A stretch of 64,000 bases of DNA, from assembly GCA_963718665.1 (NCBI GenBank), contig OY970359.1, positions 2,272,001 to 2,336,000 on the forward strand, in the 5' to 3' direction. The notes beneath the pieces are model-generated. The model saw nothing but the letters and a program-made list of their open reading frames with translations, had not been told where the DNA came from and made no database searches. The DNA is from an uncultured Phycisphaerales bacterium. GTDB lineage: Bacteria; Planctomycetota; Phycisphaerae; Sedimentisphaerales; Anaerobacaceae. The position numbers and the translations under genes were made by a program. Shown here one piece after another: positions 19,937-28,778 of the stretch (its first letter is position 1; every line of letters starts with the position of its first letter).

Positions 19937-20404
19937 TTATTTCTTCAGCAATTGCCAGCGTTTTTTCATCTCGCTGATAATGTTGGCATCTACCGCCGCT
20001 AAACCCGAATCGTTTTCGGCGAGATTAAAATGTCTAAGGCCGAATCGGGCCTCGACAATCTGTTCGCCGTTTGATACGCCTGTGCCCGTGAAACTGCTTA
20101 CGTTCTCCTCGATAGTTTTTGCCTCAACCGAGTATTCTATCTGCATTCCAGGCGCCAGAAAGGACTTATATTTAACATTTCTGGCCTCTTCGAGCAAGAC
20201 CATACTATGCGCAAAGTTTTCCGTCGTCCGAACCAGCCACGACGCTGACTCGATGAGTCCTTCGAGTAGCAATACCCCCGGCAGCACTGGGAAGGTCGGG
20301 AAGTGGTCCGCCAGATATTCTTCCGCCAGCGAGACGCTTTTGACCGCCTTTATCCGTTTGCCCGGCTCTATCTCAACAATTTTATCAATCAGTATAAACC
20401 GCAT
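19937..20404 (-). CDS. FabZ-like 3-hydroxyacyl-ACP dehydratase (second copy)
   Basis: MRFILIDKI, EEYLADHFPTFPVLPGVLLLE. Confidence 0.9.
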   Translation of the reverse strand: MRFILIDKIVEIEPGKRIKAVKSVSLAEEYLADHFPTFPVLPGVLLLEGLIESASWLVRTTENFAHSMVLLEEARNVKYKSFLAPGMQIEYSVEAKTIEENVSSFTGTGVSNGEQIVEARFGLRHFNLAENDSGLAAVDANIISEMKKRWQLLKK

Positions 20405-20469
20405 AGTTGGGGTAATTGTAGCTACCAGGCGGGCATTTTCCAGAGTTTTTTTACCACTCCTGCTGTCTC

Positions 20470-21573
20470 TCAGCTTACCGCAGAGATGTCACAACGAACG
20501 CTTTCGCTATTTGCCGGGCAGTTGACCTTACGCAGGGTATCTTCGAGAATCTCAAAAAACTTGGCGTTGTCGGGCCAGATAATCTGGCTGTTCTGACTGA
20601 CTGGCTCGTCGAGCGATGTTAGATATGTGCTCAAAACATCCTTATCAAGCCGTTTGCTCCACATCCCCAGGCCTAACCTCTGGATATAGTGCGAGTTGAC
20701 GGTTTGTTCATACTGACCGATTACGGGTAGCAGCAACATTCTTTTTTTGAAGTACAGGCACTCGCTGATCAGGGAGAACCCTGCGGTCGCTATTACCCCG
20801 CGACAACCGGCAAGGTCGGCGAGAAAACCTTCGGTAGATGTCTTTTTGAACAGGCAGTTTTTGTCTTCACTGTCTTCATCGAAGCCGTAAATCACAAACT
20901 TTTGGCCGGGGAACTGCTTGAATGCTTCAAGCAGTTGTGCCTTTGCTGTTTTGTCAGTTGAGTAGATGATTATGTCCTCGCCCTTTTCGGGATTCATTGA
21001 GCAGACGACAGGCCTGACGACCGGCGGCGCCAGTATTGTCGCCTTATTCTTCGTGGGCACAGAGAAGAAATTAATGATAATGTAAGCCGCGGCGCCGAAG
21101 TAGTAGAGTCGCGTTACAGCCGTCGAATTCAACCTTGCGAACCAGTCGCCGGTGTGTTCAATCCTGCAATGCGTCAAGAAGTGCTCGTGGTCGATGCTGA
21201 TAAACGGGACATTATTTCGCCATGCCCACCACGCCGAGAACGGTTCAAAATCAGTGATGACGAAATCCGGCCTGAAGCGTTTGAATTCATTTTCATAAAG
21301 CTGCGTATTTTTCGTGTGGCCTCCGCCAAGGAACGCGCCGGCGTTTGTGAAAAACGTTTTGACGTGCCGGAGCCGGCAATGGTCGTAAACCAGCGACATA
21401 CCCATTATTTCTTTGACCTGCTCGCCGAAGTACTGCCTGAGGTATGAGTAGCTTTTGCGTGAAGCGGCAAATATGACATCATGGCCTAAGTCAATTAGGT
21501 GCTGCCCAATCATGTGTGAGCGACTGCTGTGGCCGTAGCCCTCGCCTGCCACGCCGTAGATTATCCGTGCCAT
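20470..21573 (-). CDS. GT-B glycosyltransferase (GT28-related, MJ1255-like)
   Basis: YGVAGEGYGHSSR, ITDFEP, ISIDH, TAGFSLISE, P..GQYEQ..N. Confidence 0.85.
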   Translation of the reverse strand: MARIIYGVAGEGYGHSSRSHMIGQHLIDLGHDVIFAASRKSYSYLRQYFGEQVKEIMGMSLVYDHCRLRHVKTFFTNAGAFLGGGHTKNTQLYENEFKRFRPDFVITDFEPFSAWWAWRNNVPFISIDHEHFLTHCRIEHTGDWFARLNSTAVTRLYYFGAAAYIIINFFSVPTKNKATILAPPVVRPVVCSMNPEKGEDIIIYSTDKTAKAQLLEAFKQFPGQKFVIYGFDEDSEDKNCLFKKTSTEGFLADLAGCRGVIATAGFSLISECLYFKKRMLLLPVIGQYEQTVNSHYIQRLGLGMWSKRLDKDVLSTYLTSLDEPVSQNSQIIWPDNAKFFEILEDTLRKVNCPANSESVRCDISAVS

Positions 21574-21646
21574 CGGCTGCTCCTGTTAATAATGTTTCCG
21601 GTAACACCTCGATATGAAATAAACAGCGTATGTTTAGTAGAAGGAT

Positions 21647-22540
21647 TCACTCTGGTTGTTGAGAATCACCAATCAATGTTTGGGTGATTCTGGCTCCTTC
21701 CTGCGACCAGTCAAACATTTCGACGTTTCCATCCGGCCGAATGACTATAAAGTCATTGGTCTGCCCCGTCCAGGAGCCGCTGTTAAAATACCAGTCGTCA
21801 AATCGCCCAACCTGATGAGTATGGCCCACAATCGCAACGTCATACAGGCCGGCAGCCCTGTCGTGATAATACCGCATCAGCATTTTCCGCGTCCGTGTTG
21901 TTCTTACCAGGGCTGTTATTCGTTCGTTCGGCATTGCGCCGCGGCATTCCTGAACGACGTCGTTCATCTTTCCACTGAGCCATGACCACACCATCAGCGC
22001 CTGTTCCCCCATTCCCAGAAACAGTTCGGTTAAGCCGTCATTCGAGAGTATGCAAGTGTCGGTCTGGAAACTGAGCACATGCGAGACCTTGCCGAATATG
22101 CGACCCCAGTTGCTTTCGTCCCCTGGAATCAGCGGGTCAACTTCATGGCCGTGCATAAACTTGAACTTGCGAGGGCCTATCACACGATAAAAAGCGTGCC
22201 TGGCACACCTGAAGAATTTATGCGGGACTTTATTTGAGCCGATGTAGGGAAGCACCTCTGAATCGTGATTACCTGGGACATAAGTGACGTCTAAACCCGA
22301 AAGCAGCTCAAGCAGGTTTTGCCTCTCTTCGAGTATTACATCAATGCGATGCCGCCACAGTTCGAAAAGGTCTCCTGTGATGATTAGTTCCCCGTTGTTA
22401 CGGTCAACGTATTCGAGGAAGGAATACAAGAGCTTTTCTCTGCCTCTGTGGCTGAGATTGTCTTTTCTCGACCCGTCTCCTATATGCAGGTCGCTGATAA
22501 CAAAAATGGGTTTTTCAGCGATAATCGTGGTCTCCGGCAA
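21647..22540 (-). CDS. LpxH/PlcP-like metallophosphoesterase
   Basis: SDLHIG, GDLFELW, GNHD, HGH, GHTH, NSGSW. Confidence 0.85.
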   Translation of the reverse strand: MPETTIIAEKPIFVISDLHIGDGSRKDNLSHRGREKLLYSFLEYVDRNNGELIITGDLFELWRHRIDVILEERQNLLELLSGLDVTYVPGNHDSEVLPYIGSNKVPHKFFRCARHAFYRVIGPRKFKFMHGHEVDPLIPGDESNWGRIFGKVSHVLSFQTDTCILSNDGLTELFLGMGEQALMVWSWLSGKMNDVVQECRGAMPNERITALVRTTRTRKMLMRYYHDRAAGLYDVAIVGHTHQVGRFDDWYFNSGSWTGQTNDFIVIRPDGNVEMFDWSQEGARITQTLIGDSQQPE

Positions 22541-22822
22541 TCATTTTGTTGTCCGTCGCATACTTTTCGCACAAGCATTCCCTGCTCTTATAATTATCGG
22601 AAACAAATGTTAGGGGAATGTTTATATGGTGTTAATTGCGGGTTAACTTGTTGGCTTTAGGCGGGATTGACCTGCGATTAACGATATTCGCCGCCCAGCC
22701 GCTACAGACCGCTTAAAATGAAACTGCGAATATGACCTCAAGATTTTCCCGACATTTTTTGCTTTGAGATTACGGTATTGAACTCTGGAAACGTTTTCGA
22801 AGTATGTTATACTTATTTAATT

Positions 22823-23302
22823 ATGAAAGTTCGCAGTGCAAATGTTACTGATGTAAAGGCCATACACGCCCTGATAAATTGTTTTGCGGAGCGTGACCAG
22901 ATGCTGTTTCGCTCGATGGCCGATATCTTCACAAATCTCCAGACCTTTCTTGTTGTTGAACTCGATGGTCAGGTCATCGGCTGCTGCGCACTTGAGGTAA
23001 TCTGGTCGGACCTTGCGGAGATAAAATCATTGGCTGTTCACGAGTCGTATCAGGGCAAAGGAGCGGGGGCGATGCTCGTAAACGCTGCGGTTGAGCAGGC
23101 GCGTCGGCTGGGAGCGCCTAAAGTATTCGGCCTGACTCTCAGGCCGGAGTTCTTTGGCAAACTTGGCTTCCAGGCGGTCAACAAGGATTCATTGCCAATG
23201 AAGGTCTGGAGCGATTGTGCCCGCTGCACGAAACAGCAAAACTGCGACGAAACAGCCGTGGTTAAGCTTATTGAGGGAAGCAGTTGTCCTATTCGACAGT
23301 AG
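22823..23302 (+). CDS. argA: GNAT N-acetyltransferase, short N-acetylglutamate synthase type
   Basis: LAEIKSLAV...YQGKGAG, FGLT, LPMKVWSDC..C.K...CDE.A. Confidence 0.75.
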   Translation: MKVRSANVTDVKAIHALINCFAERDQMLFRSMADIFTNLQTFLVVELDGQVIGCCALEVIWSDLAEIKSLAVHESYQGKGAGAMLVNAAVEQARRLGAPKVFGLTLRPEFFGKLGFQAVNKDSLPMKVWSDCARCTKQQNCDETAVVKLIEGSSCPIRQ

Positions 23303-23306
23303 GACG

Positions 23307-24269
23307 TCAGCCGACTTGTCTTCGCTGGAATAACGCCACCGCCAGTGCTAATATACCTCCCGCATAGCAAATCGCGTATATAGCGGTAATCAGCACATAT
23401 TTGATGGGCAGTGTGCTTCCCTCAACAATAGCGTCGCTTATCCAGAAGACCTGAAGATTAGGAATGGCGAAATAGCATATTTTTGCCCAGAGGTGGGTTT
23501 TGGCGAGGGCACCGAAAGCCCAGTCAGAGACAAGGCCCAGAAGGAAGACGCCTACGCAGGCCGAGAGAGTTACCACGATATTGAACCGGCAGGACAGGGC
23601 TACCGCTAATGCCGCGATTATAACCGCCGCCAGAAAGAGCAGAACCGAGCCATAAGTATCAACCGCGTTAATATTGTTATTAGCAGGGTTGAACTTCCAG
23701 TCGCGGTCGAAGAAAATCAGGAAAATCAGCGCAATTGTGCCCAGGCCAGCCAGTAAAACCATAGCTGTTGAGGTGGCCTTCCAGTCATAAGTATAGTTAA
23801 AGAAAGCAGTTAGAAGGCAGGTAAGAACGAGAATGGTCCCTCCGGCTGCTAATACGGTATAGTCGTTGTTGGAATCAACGTTTTCCAGAACGCCGTTCCT
23901 TATCGCCATTATCAGTGCTAAGGTACAGATGTAATGGGCCATAGCGACAGCCCCGGTAACTCCCAGGAATTTGGCTAAAATAAATATGGGACGTTGCACG
24001 GGCTTGCTTAAAACGGTCATAATGGTTTTATTCTCGATTTCCTCCGCCACAGCCCCTGAAGCGGAGAAAATTGCTATGAACAAGCTTGCTATGAAAAGCG
24101 TAGATAAGCCCAATTCGCGCAAAAGCTTATTGTCGTCATCCAGTGTGTACATCGAGATTGCCGGACTGACGAAAAACAGCAGCAGGGCGGCGATGATAAT
24201 TATCGCATAGACCGGCTGGCGTATGGTTTCTATGAAGGTATTTTTTGCTATTGTAAATAACTTTGTCAT
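23307..24269 (-). CDS. ABC-2 type transporter permease
   Basis: IAKNTF.E.IRQP, EIENKT...VLSKPV.R..FILAKFLG, about 8 TM segments, F..RQVG end. Confidence 0.85.
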   Translation of the reverse strand: MTKLFTIAKNTFIETIRQPVYAIIIIAALLLFFVSPAISMYTLDDDNKLLRELGLSTLFIASLFIAIFSASGAVAEEIENKTIMTVLSKPVQRPIFILAKFLGVTGAVAMAHYICTLALIMAIRNGVLENVDSNNDYTVLAAGGTILVLTCLLTAFFNYTYDWKATSTAMVLLAGLGTIALIFLIFFDRDWKFNPANNNINAVDTYGSVLLFLAAVIIAALAVALSCRFNIVVTLSACVGVFLLGLVSDWAFGALAKTHLWAKICYFAIPNLQVFWISDAIVEGSTLPIKYVLITAIYAICYAGGILALAVALFQRRQVG

Positions 24270-24454
24270 TCTCAACGACCTTTCTGGAAATCACGGTTTT
24301 TCAACGTCTTTTGAGTTTTAGGCAAGGTTTTTTGCCTAATTTTGGCGATATATTCTTATATGTTATAAAAACCGGCTTGTAAATAGCCGGGAAATACTAT
24401 ATCTATATGCCCTTTGCTTTTAGGGGTTCGTTAGAAACTTTAGGAATTTGATAA

Positions 24455-26518
24455 ATGACAACATCATCAAGACCGGCAAAGCTTGCTGCAATTGTGTCGC
24501 TGATAATCAGCGTCATCTTCTTTGTCATTACGATTCTTATCGGCAGATGGAGCGGTTTTGTATCCGTCTATTCAGAGAGTTTTGTTCCGCTTGGTTCGGC
24601 TTTAATCTGGCTGGTTTTGCTTATCCAGTTCCATCAGCGAGCCCTTGCCGAGCAGGAAAAGCTCGATATGAGCGAGCTTGTCGGCGAACACAGGGCAGAT
24701 AAAATCTTTCAGCAGAAAGGCGAGCAGGCACAGCTGTTCGCAGTCGCCCAAAAGCGTCTTGCGATACTTGAAAGGTGGTTCCTGCCGATTTTCTCATTTC
24801 TTATCGCCGCCTATCAGGCGGCCATAGGCCTGTATCTGCTCAGGGGTGTTTCGGATTCGAACCCGGCTATCGGCCAACAGCCGCTGTTGTGCGCGGTTTG
24901 TATGGTCGCCATTGCGTTTGTGAGTTTTCTGATGTCGCGTTACGCGACCGGGATGTCAAGGCGGCCGGAATGGAAACCGTTGCGGGCGGGAGGTAGTTTC
25001 CTGCTCAGCTCGGCGATTTTGTCATTTGCACTGGCGATAGCGCTTGCGCTGGTTCAGTTTAAATTAATCACCGTAATCAGGGTGATTGACTATTTGATTC
25101 CAATCCTGCTTATCATCCTTGGCGTCGAGAATCTGCTTAACGTTATATTTGATATCTATCGTCCTCGCCTGACTGGTCAATACAGCAGGGCGGCGTTTGA
25201 CAGCCGGCTGCTTGGGCTGGTCAACGAACCGGGCGAAATACTTCATACTGCCACAGGCGCAATCGATTATCAATTCGGATTCAAAGTTTCCCAGACATGG
25301 TTTTACAAACTTCTCGAAAAAGCCGTTGTGCCACTCTTTTTCTTCGGCGCTATTACGCTGTATCTGCTTAGCTGCGTCATCGTTATTAATCCGAATGAAC
25401 AGGGGGTAATCGAACACTTCGGTAATCCTAAAGACGCCAAAGGCAATGTCTGGCTGGTCGGCCCGGGCATCCATTTCAAAAGGCCCTGGCCTATTGATAT
25501 CGTTCGAATATACCCCACGAGCGATATAAAGGAACTGCAAATCGGCTACGTGCCGAAAACAGACCCCAAAACAGGGCAGATAATTCGCGAACCGTTGCTA
25601 TGGGGCAAGGACCATTACAAGGAAGAATACAACATCCTTGTTGCGAGCCGTCTCGGCACGGAGAAAAGTTCGCAGGGGGCGGTGCCGGTAAGTTTGCTCA
25701 AGGCAAATATCCCCGTGCATTACTGTGTCAAAGATATTTACGCGTTTCTTTATAACTATGACAATCCGGAGAGGCGACTCGAAGATATATGTTACCGCGA
25801 ACTTGCGAGGTTTGCCGCGAGCTCAACTATTGAGGTTGACGATGAGGTTGCTTTGCAGACCAGCTTGCTTGGCGCAGGCAGGTCACAGGCCAAGCAGGTT
25901 CTGACGCAAAATATCCAGGCAGCCGCTGACAAGGCGGGTCTTGGGGTCGAGATTGTTTTTGTGGGCCTGCAGGGGATACATCCGCCTACACAGGTTGCCG
26001 CCGACTATGAAAAGGTTATAGGCGCGATTCAGAAAAAACAGGCGATAATTCTCCGGGCGGAGGGGGAGCGCAATCTTACCCTTAGCACGCTGGCCGGTTC
26101 GGTCGAGGGGGCATCCGACCTTTACGTTCTGGCATCGGATTATCAAAAGGCAAGGCAGGAAAATAACCGCCAGCAGACCGATGAGATTGCCGGCCGGCTG
26201 GATAAGGCGTTTGGCCAGGCGGACGGCGATATATTCTGCATGCTGCGGGAGGCCCAGAGTTACAGGTTTGAAAAGGCGACTATCGCCCGCGCCACCGGCG
26301 AACGCTTCGACAGCCAGGTAAAAGCATACAGGGCTGCGCCGGAAATTTACAAACGCCAGCAGCGTCTTATCGCGCTGGAGGAAACGCTCAAACCAATCAG
26401 GAAATATGTTATTGTCGCCGACCCGAATGACGCGGAGACATTTATTGTTGACCTTAAGGAAAAATTAACGCCGAGTTTGTATGACATCGGCGGTGTTCAG
26501 GAGAGCAGTTCACAATGA
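24455..26518 (+). CDS. HflK-like SPFH protein with a large N-terminal multi-TM extension
   Basis: About 7 hydrophobic segments, then GPGIHFKRPWPID, G.HPP..VA..YE.V, A.GE..RF..Q..AY..APE.Y. Confidence 0.8.
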   Translation: MTTSSRPAKLAAIVSLIISVIFFVITILIGRWSGFVSVYSESFVPLGSALIWLVLLIQFHQRALAEQEKLDMSELVGEHRADKIFQQKGEQAQLFAVAQKRLAILERWFLPIFSFLIAAYQAAIGLYLLRGVSDSNPAIGQQPLLCAVCMVAIAFVSFLMSRYATGMSRRPEWKPLRAGGSFLLSSAILSFALAIALALVQFKLITVIRVIDYLIPILLIILGVENLLNVIFDIYRPRLTGQYSRAAFDSRLLGLVNEPGEILHTATGAIDYQFGFKVSQTWFYKLLEKAVVPLFFFGAITLYLLSCVIVINPNEQGVIEHFGNPKDAKGNVWLVGPGIHFKRPWPIDIVRIYPTSDIKELQIGYVPKTDPKTGQIIREPLLWGKDHYKEEYNILVASRLGTEKSSQGAVPVSLLKANIPVHYCVKDIYAFLYNYDNPERRLEDICYRELARFAASSTIEVDDEVALQTSLLGAGRSQAKQVLTQNIQAAADKAGLGVEIVFVGLQGIHPPTQVAADYEKVIGAIQKKQAIILRAEGERNLTLSTLAGSVEGASDLYVLASDYQKARQENNRQQTDEIAGRLDKAFGQADGDIFCMLREAQSYRFEKATIARATGERFDSQVKAYRAAPEIYKRQQRLIALEETLKPIRKYVIVADPNDAETFIVDLKEKLTPSLYDIGGVQESSSQ

Positions 26519-27408
26519 AAAATATAACAATAACCATCTTTATCGTTCTGCTTTTTGTCATTTTGGCTCTTGTATTCACGATGTTCCAGGTGCGAGAGAC
26601 CGAATCGGCACTGGTGATGACCTTCGGCAAGGCCACGCGGCAGATAACCGAGCCGGGTTTGTATTTCAAATGGCCTCCGCCAATCGAAATGGTTCAGAAG
26701 TTCGATTCGCGGTCGAGGGGTCTTGTGGCTGAGATAGGCGAGACGCCCACGAAAGGGGCGGTGCCGATTATTGTCAACACGTTTATCGTCTGGCGTGTTG
26801 CCGAGCCGCTTGCGTTTTTTAACGCGGTCGGGACCATTTCGGAAGCCGAGAACAAGCTGATTACCCAGATAAGCGACACTCAGAACAAGGTAATAGGCAG
26901 GCACGATTTCTCCGAATTTGTCAACAGCGACCCTACAAAAATAAAGCTCGATGAAATCGAAAAGGAGATGTTGGCTGAGATTCAGAAGGCCGTGCGAAGC
27001 GACTATGGGATTGAAATCAAGGCGATTGGCATCAGGCAGCTTAAAATCAGCGAAGACGTCAGCAAGGACGTGTTTGAGCGGATGAGGGCTGAGCGGAATC
27101 GCAGGACCGAGGCGACAATTGCCGAGGGCAATGCCGCATCCAAGAAAATTGTTACGGACGCTCTTTCAATGCAGACCGAGCTGCTCGCGGCCGCTGAGGC
27201 CAGGGCCAAGGCCATTCGCGCACAGGGCGACGCCGAGGCCGCCCAGTATTATAAGCTGCTCGAACAGGACCCGCAGCTTGCTATGTTCCTGCGTGATATC
27301 GATGCGCTCAAAAAGATACTCGAACAAAGAGCGACGGTTGTTATAAGCGCGGATACCGAGCCGTTCAAACTGCTCAGGCAGATGCCGGACCTGAAACCGA
27401 AAGAATAA
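26515..27408 (+). CDS. hflC: HflC-like SPFH protein
   Basis: FQVRETE...V.TFGK, EPGLYFKWP.PI, VFERMRAER, IRAQGDAEAA; ATGA overlap with the upstream gene. Confidence 0.88.
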   Translation: MKNITITIFIVLLFVILALVFTMFQVRETESALVMTFGKATRQITEPGLYFKWPPPIEMVQKFDSRSRGLVAEIGETPTKGAVPIIVNTFIVWRVAEPLAFFNAVGTISEAENKLITQISDTQNKVIGRHDFSEFVNSDPTKIKLDEIEKEMLAEIQKAVRSDYGIEIKAIGIRQLKISEDVSKDVFERMRAERNRRTEATIAEGNAASKKIVTDALSMQTELLAAAEARAKAIRAQGDAEAAQYYKLLEQDPQLAMFLRDIDALKKILEQRATVVISADTEPFKLLRQMPDLKPKE

Positions 27409-27441
27409 TTGCTGTTTGTTTCATAGGCGGATTTGAAAGAT

Positions 27442-28749
27442 ATGACGGAAGAACACGGACACCATCACGAGCACGAACATAATCACGCGACCCCGGATGA
27501 CGCAGGCCAGGTGCGGCAGGCGGACCCCGGCTATGACTACCTGTCGGGGGCGTTGAAGGTCAGTTTCGCCGTTCTCAAGGTCATAATGGTCATACTGGTG
27601 ATACTGTTTTTGTTTTCCGGTATCCGGACGGTAGGGCCGGGCGAACGAGCGATTGTTCTGCGGTTCGGCAAAATCAGCGGAGTCGGCGAGGCACGGCTTC
27701 TTGGTCCGGGATTGAAGCTGCTTTTGCCCTATCCGATTCACGAAATCGTTCGAGTTCCTGTCGAGAAAAAGGTTAACCTGGCAATCAATTCGTTCTGGTA
27801 TTATCAGAAACCCGGCGATGAGATGGGTGACGCGGCCAACCAAAAATCATACGCGTTGCCGACGCTTAATCCCCTTAGCGACGGCTATTGTTTGGTAAGG
27901 GGCGAAAAACAGGAGGGGGCCGCAGCCGTCTCCGAAGGCAGCGATTATAATATCCTTCACTGCAAGTGGGTTTTGACCTATCAGATTACCGATGCGGAAA
28001 GATTCTACAAGCACTGCTATGTGCAGGACGACCATCTTTCCGCCGGACAGAATTACTCGGACATCATTGAGCAAAATATAAACCCGATGCTGGAGAATGT
28101 TTTCTCCGACGCGGTTGTCGCAACAATGGTAAATTACACAATCGAAGAGGCAATGTTTGAAAAGGTGGCTTCGGTTACGGATAGGGTCAAGGAGCGTCTT
28201 CAAAACAAGCTCAACGCCTTAGACAGCGGCATTAAAGTTGTTTCGGTTCAAATCCGCGATATAACCTGGCCCAGGCAGGTAGGGGCTGCCTTCCAGGCGT
28301 CTTTAACCGCCACCCAGGATAAGCAAAAGGCAATCAGCGAGGCAAAGCTAAACGCGGAAAAGATTCTCAATGAGACCGGCGGCCCGATTGCCGGCGAGCT
28401 GCTTGCCTCTCTGCATGATAGTTCCTATGACAAACAAAAACAGGAGCAGTTGTGGGGACAGGTTGCCGGCAGGGCACAGGAACAAATAGCCGATTCACGC
28501 GGCTATCGGACAAAGGTCGTCGAGGACGCCAGAGCGAACGCCGAGTACCTGCAAAGGATACTTCCGGAATATCGAAAGTATCCCAAGCTTGTCATACAGA
28601 GGGTCTATCAGGACGCGATTGAGCAGGTTCTTCGCGACGCCGATGAGAAGACGGTAATTGAGCCCGCGCAGCACGGCAAAGCAACCGATGTCAGGGTTCT
28701 CATCAACAGGGACCCTGGGATAAAGCCGAAATCCGAACCCGGAAAATAA
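27442..28749 (+). CDS. HflK-like SPFH protein with His-rich N-terminus
   Basis: EEHGHHHEHEHNH, one TM, AIVLRFGK, PYPIHEIV, P.QV..AF, LPEY.K.P. Confidence 0.82.
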   Translation: MTEEHGHHHEHEHNHATPDDAGQVRQADPGYDYLSGALKVSFAVLKVIMVILVILFLFSGIRTVGPGERAIVLRFGKISGVGEARLLGPGLKLLLPYPIHEIVRVPVEKKVNLAINSFWYYQKPGDEMGDAANQKSYALPTLNPLSDGYCLVRGEKQEGAAAVSEGSDYNILHCKWVLTYQITDAERFYKHCYVQDDHLSAGQNYSDIIEQNINPMLENVFSDAVVATMVNYTIEEAMFEKVASVTDRVKERLQNKLNALDSGIKVVSVQIRDITWPRQVGAAFQASLTATQDKQKAISEAKLNAEKILNETGGPIAGELLASLHDSSYDKQKQEQLWGQVAGRAQEQIADSRGYRTKVVEDARANAEYLQRILPEYRKYPKLVIQRVYQDAIEQVLRDADEKTVIEPAQHGKATDVRVLINRDPGIKPKSEPGK

Positions 28750-28778
28750 ACTTAGTGAGGAATCCTGAGAGATAAATA

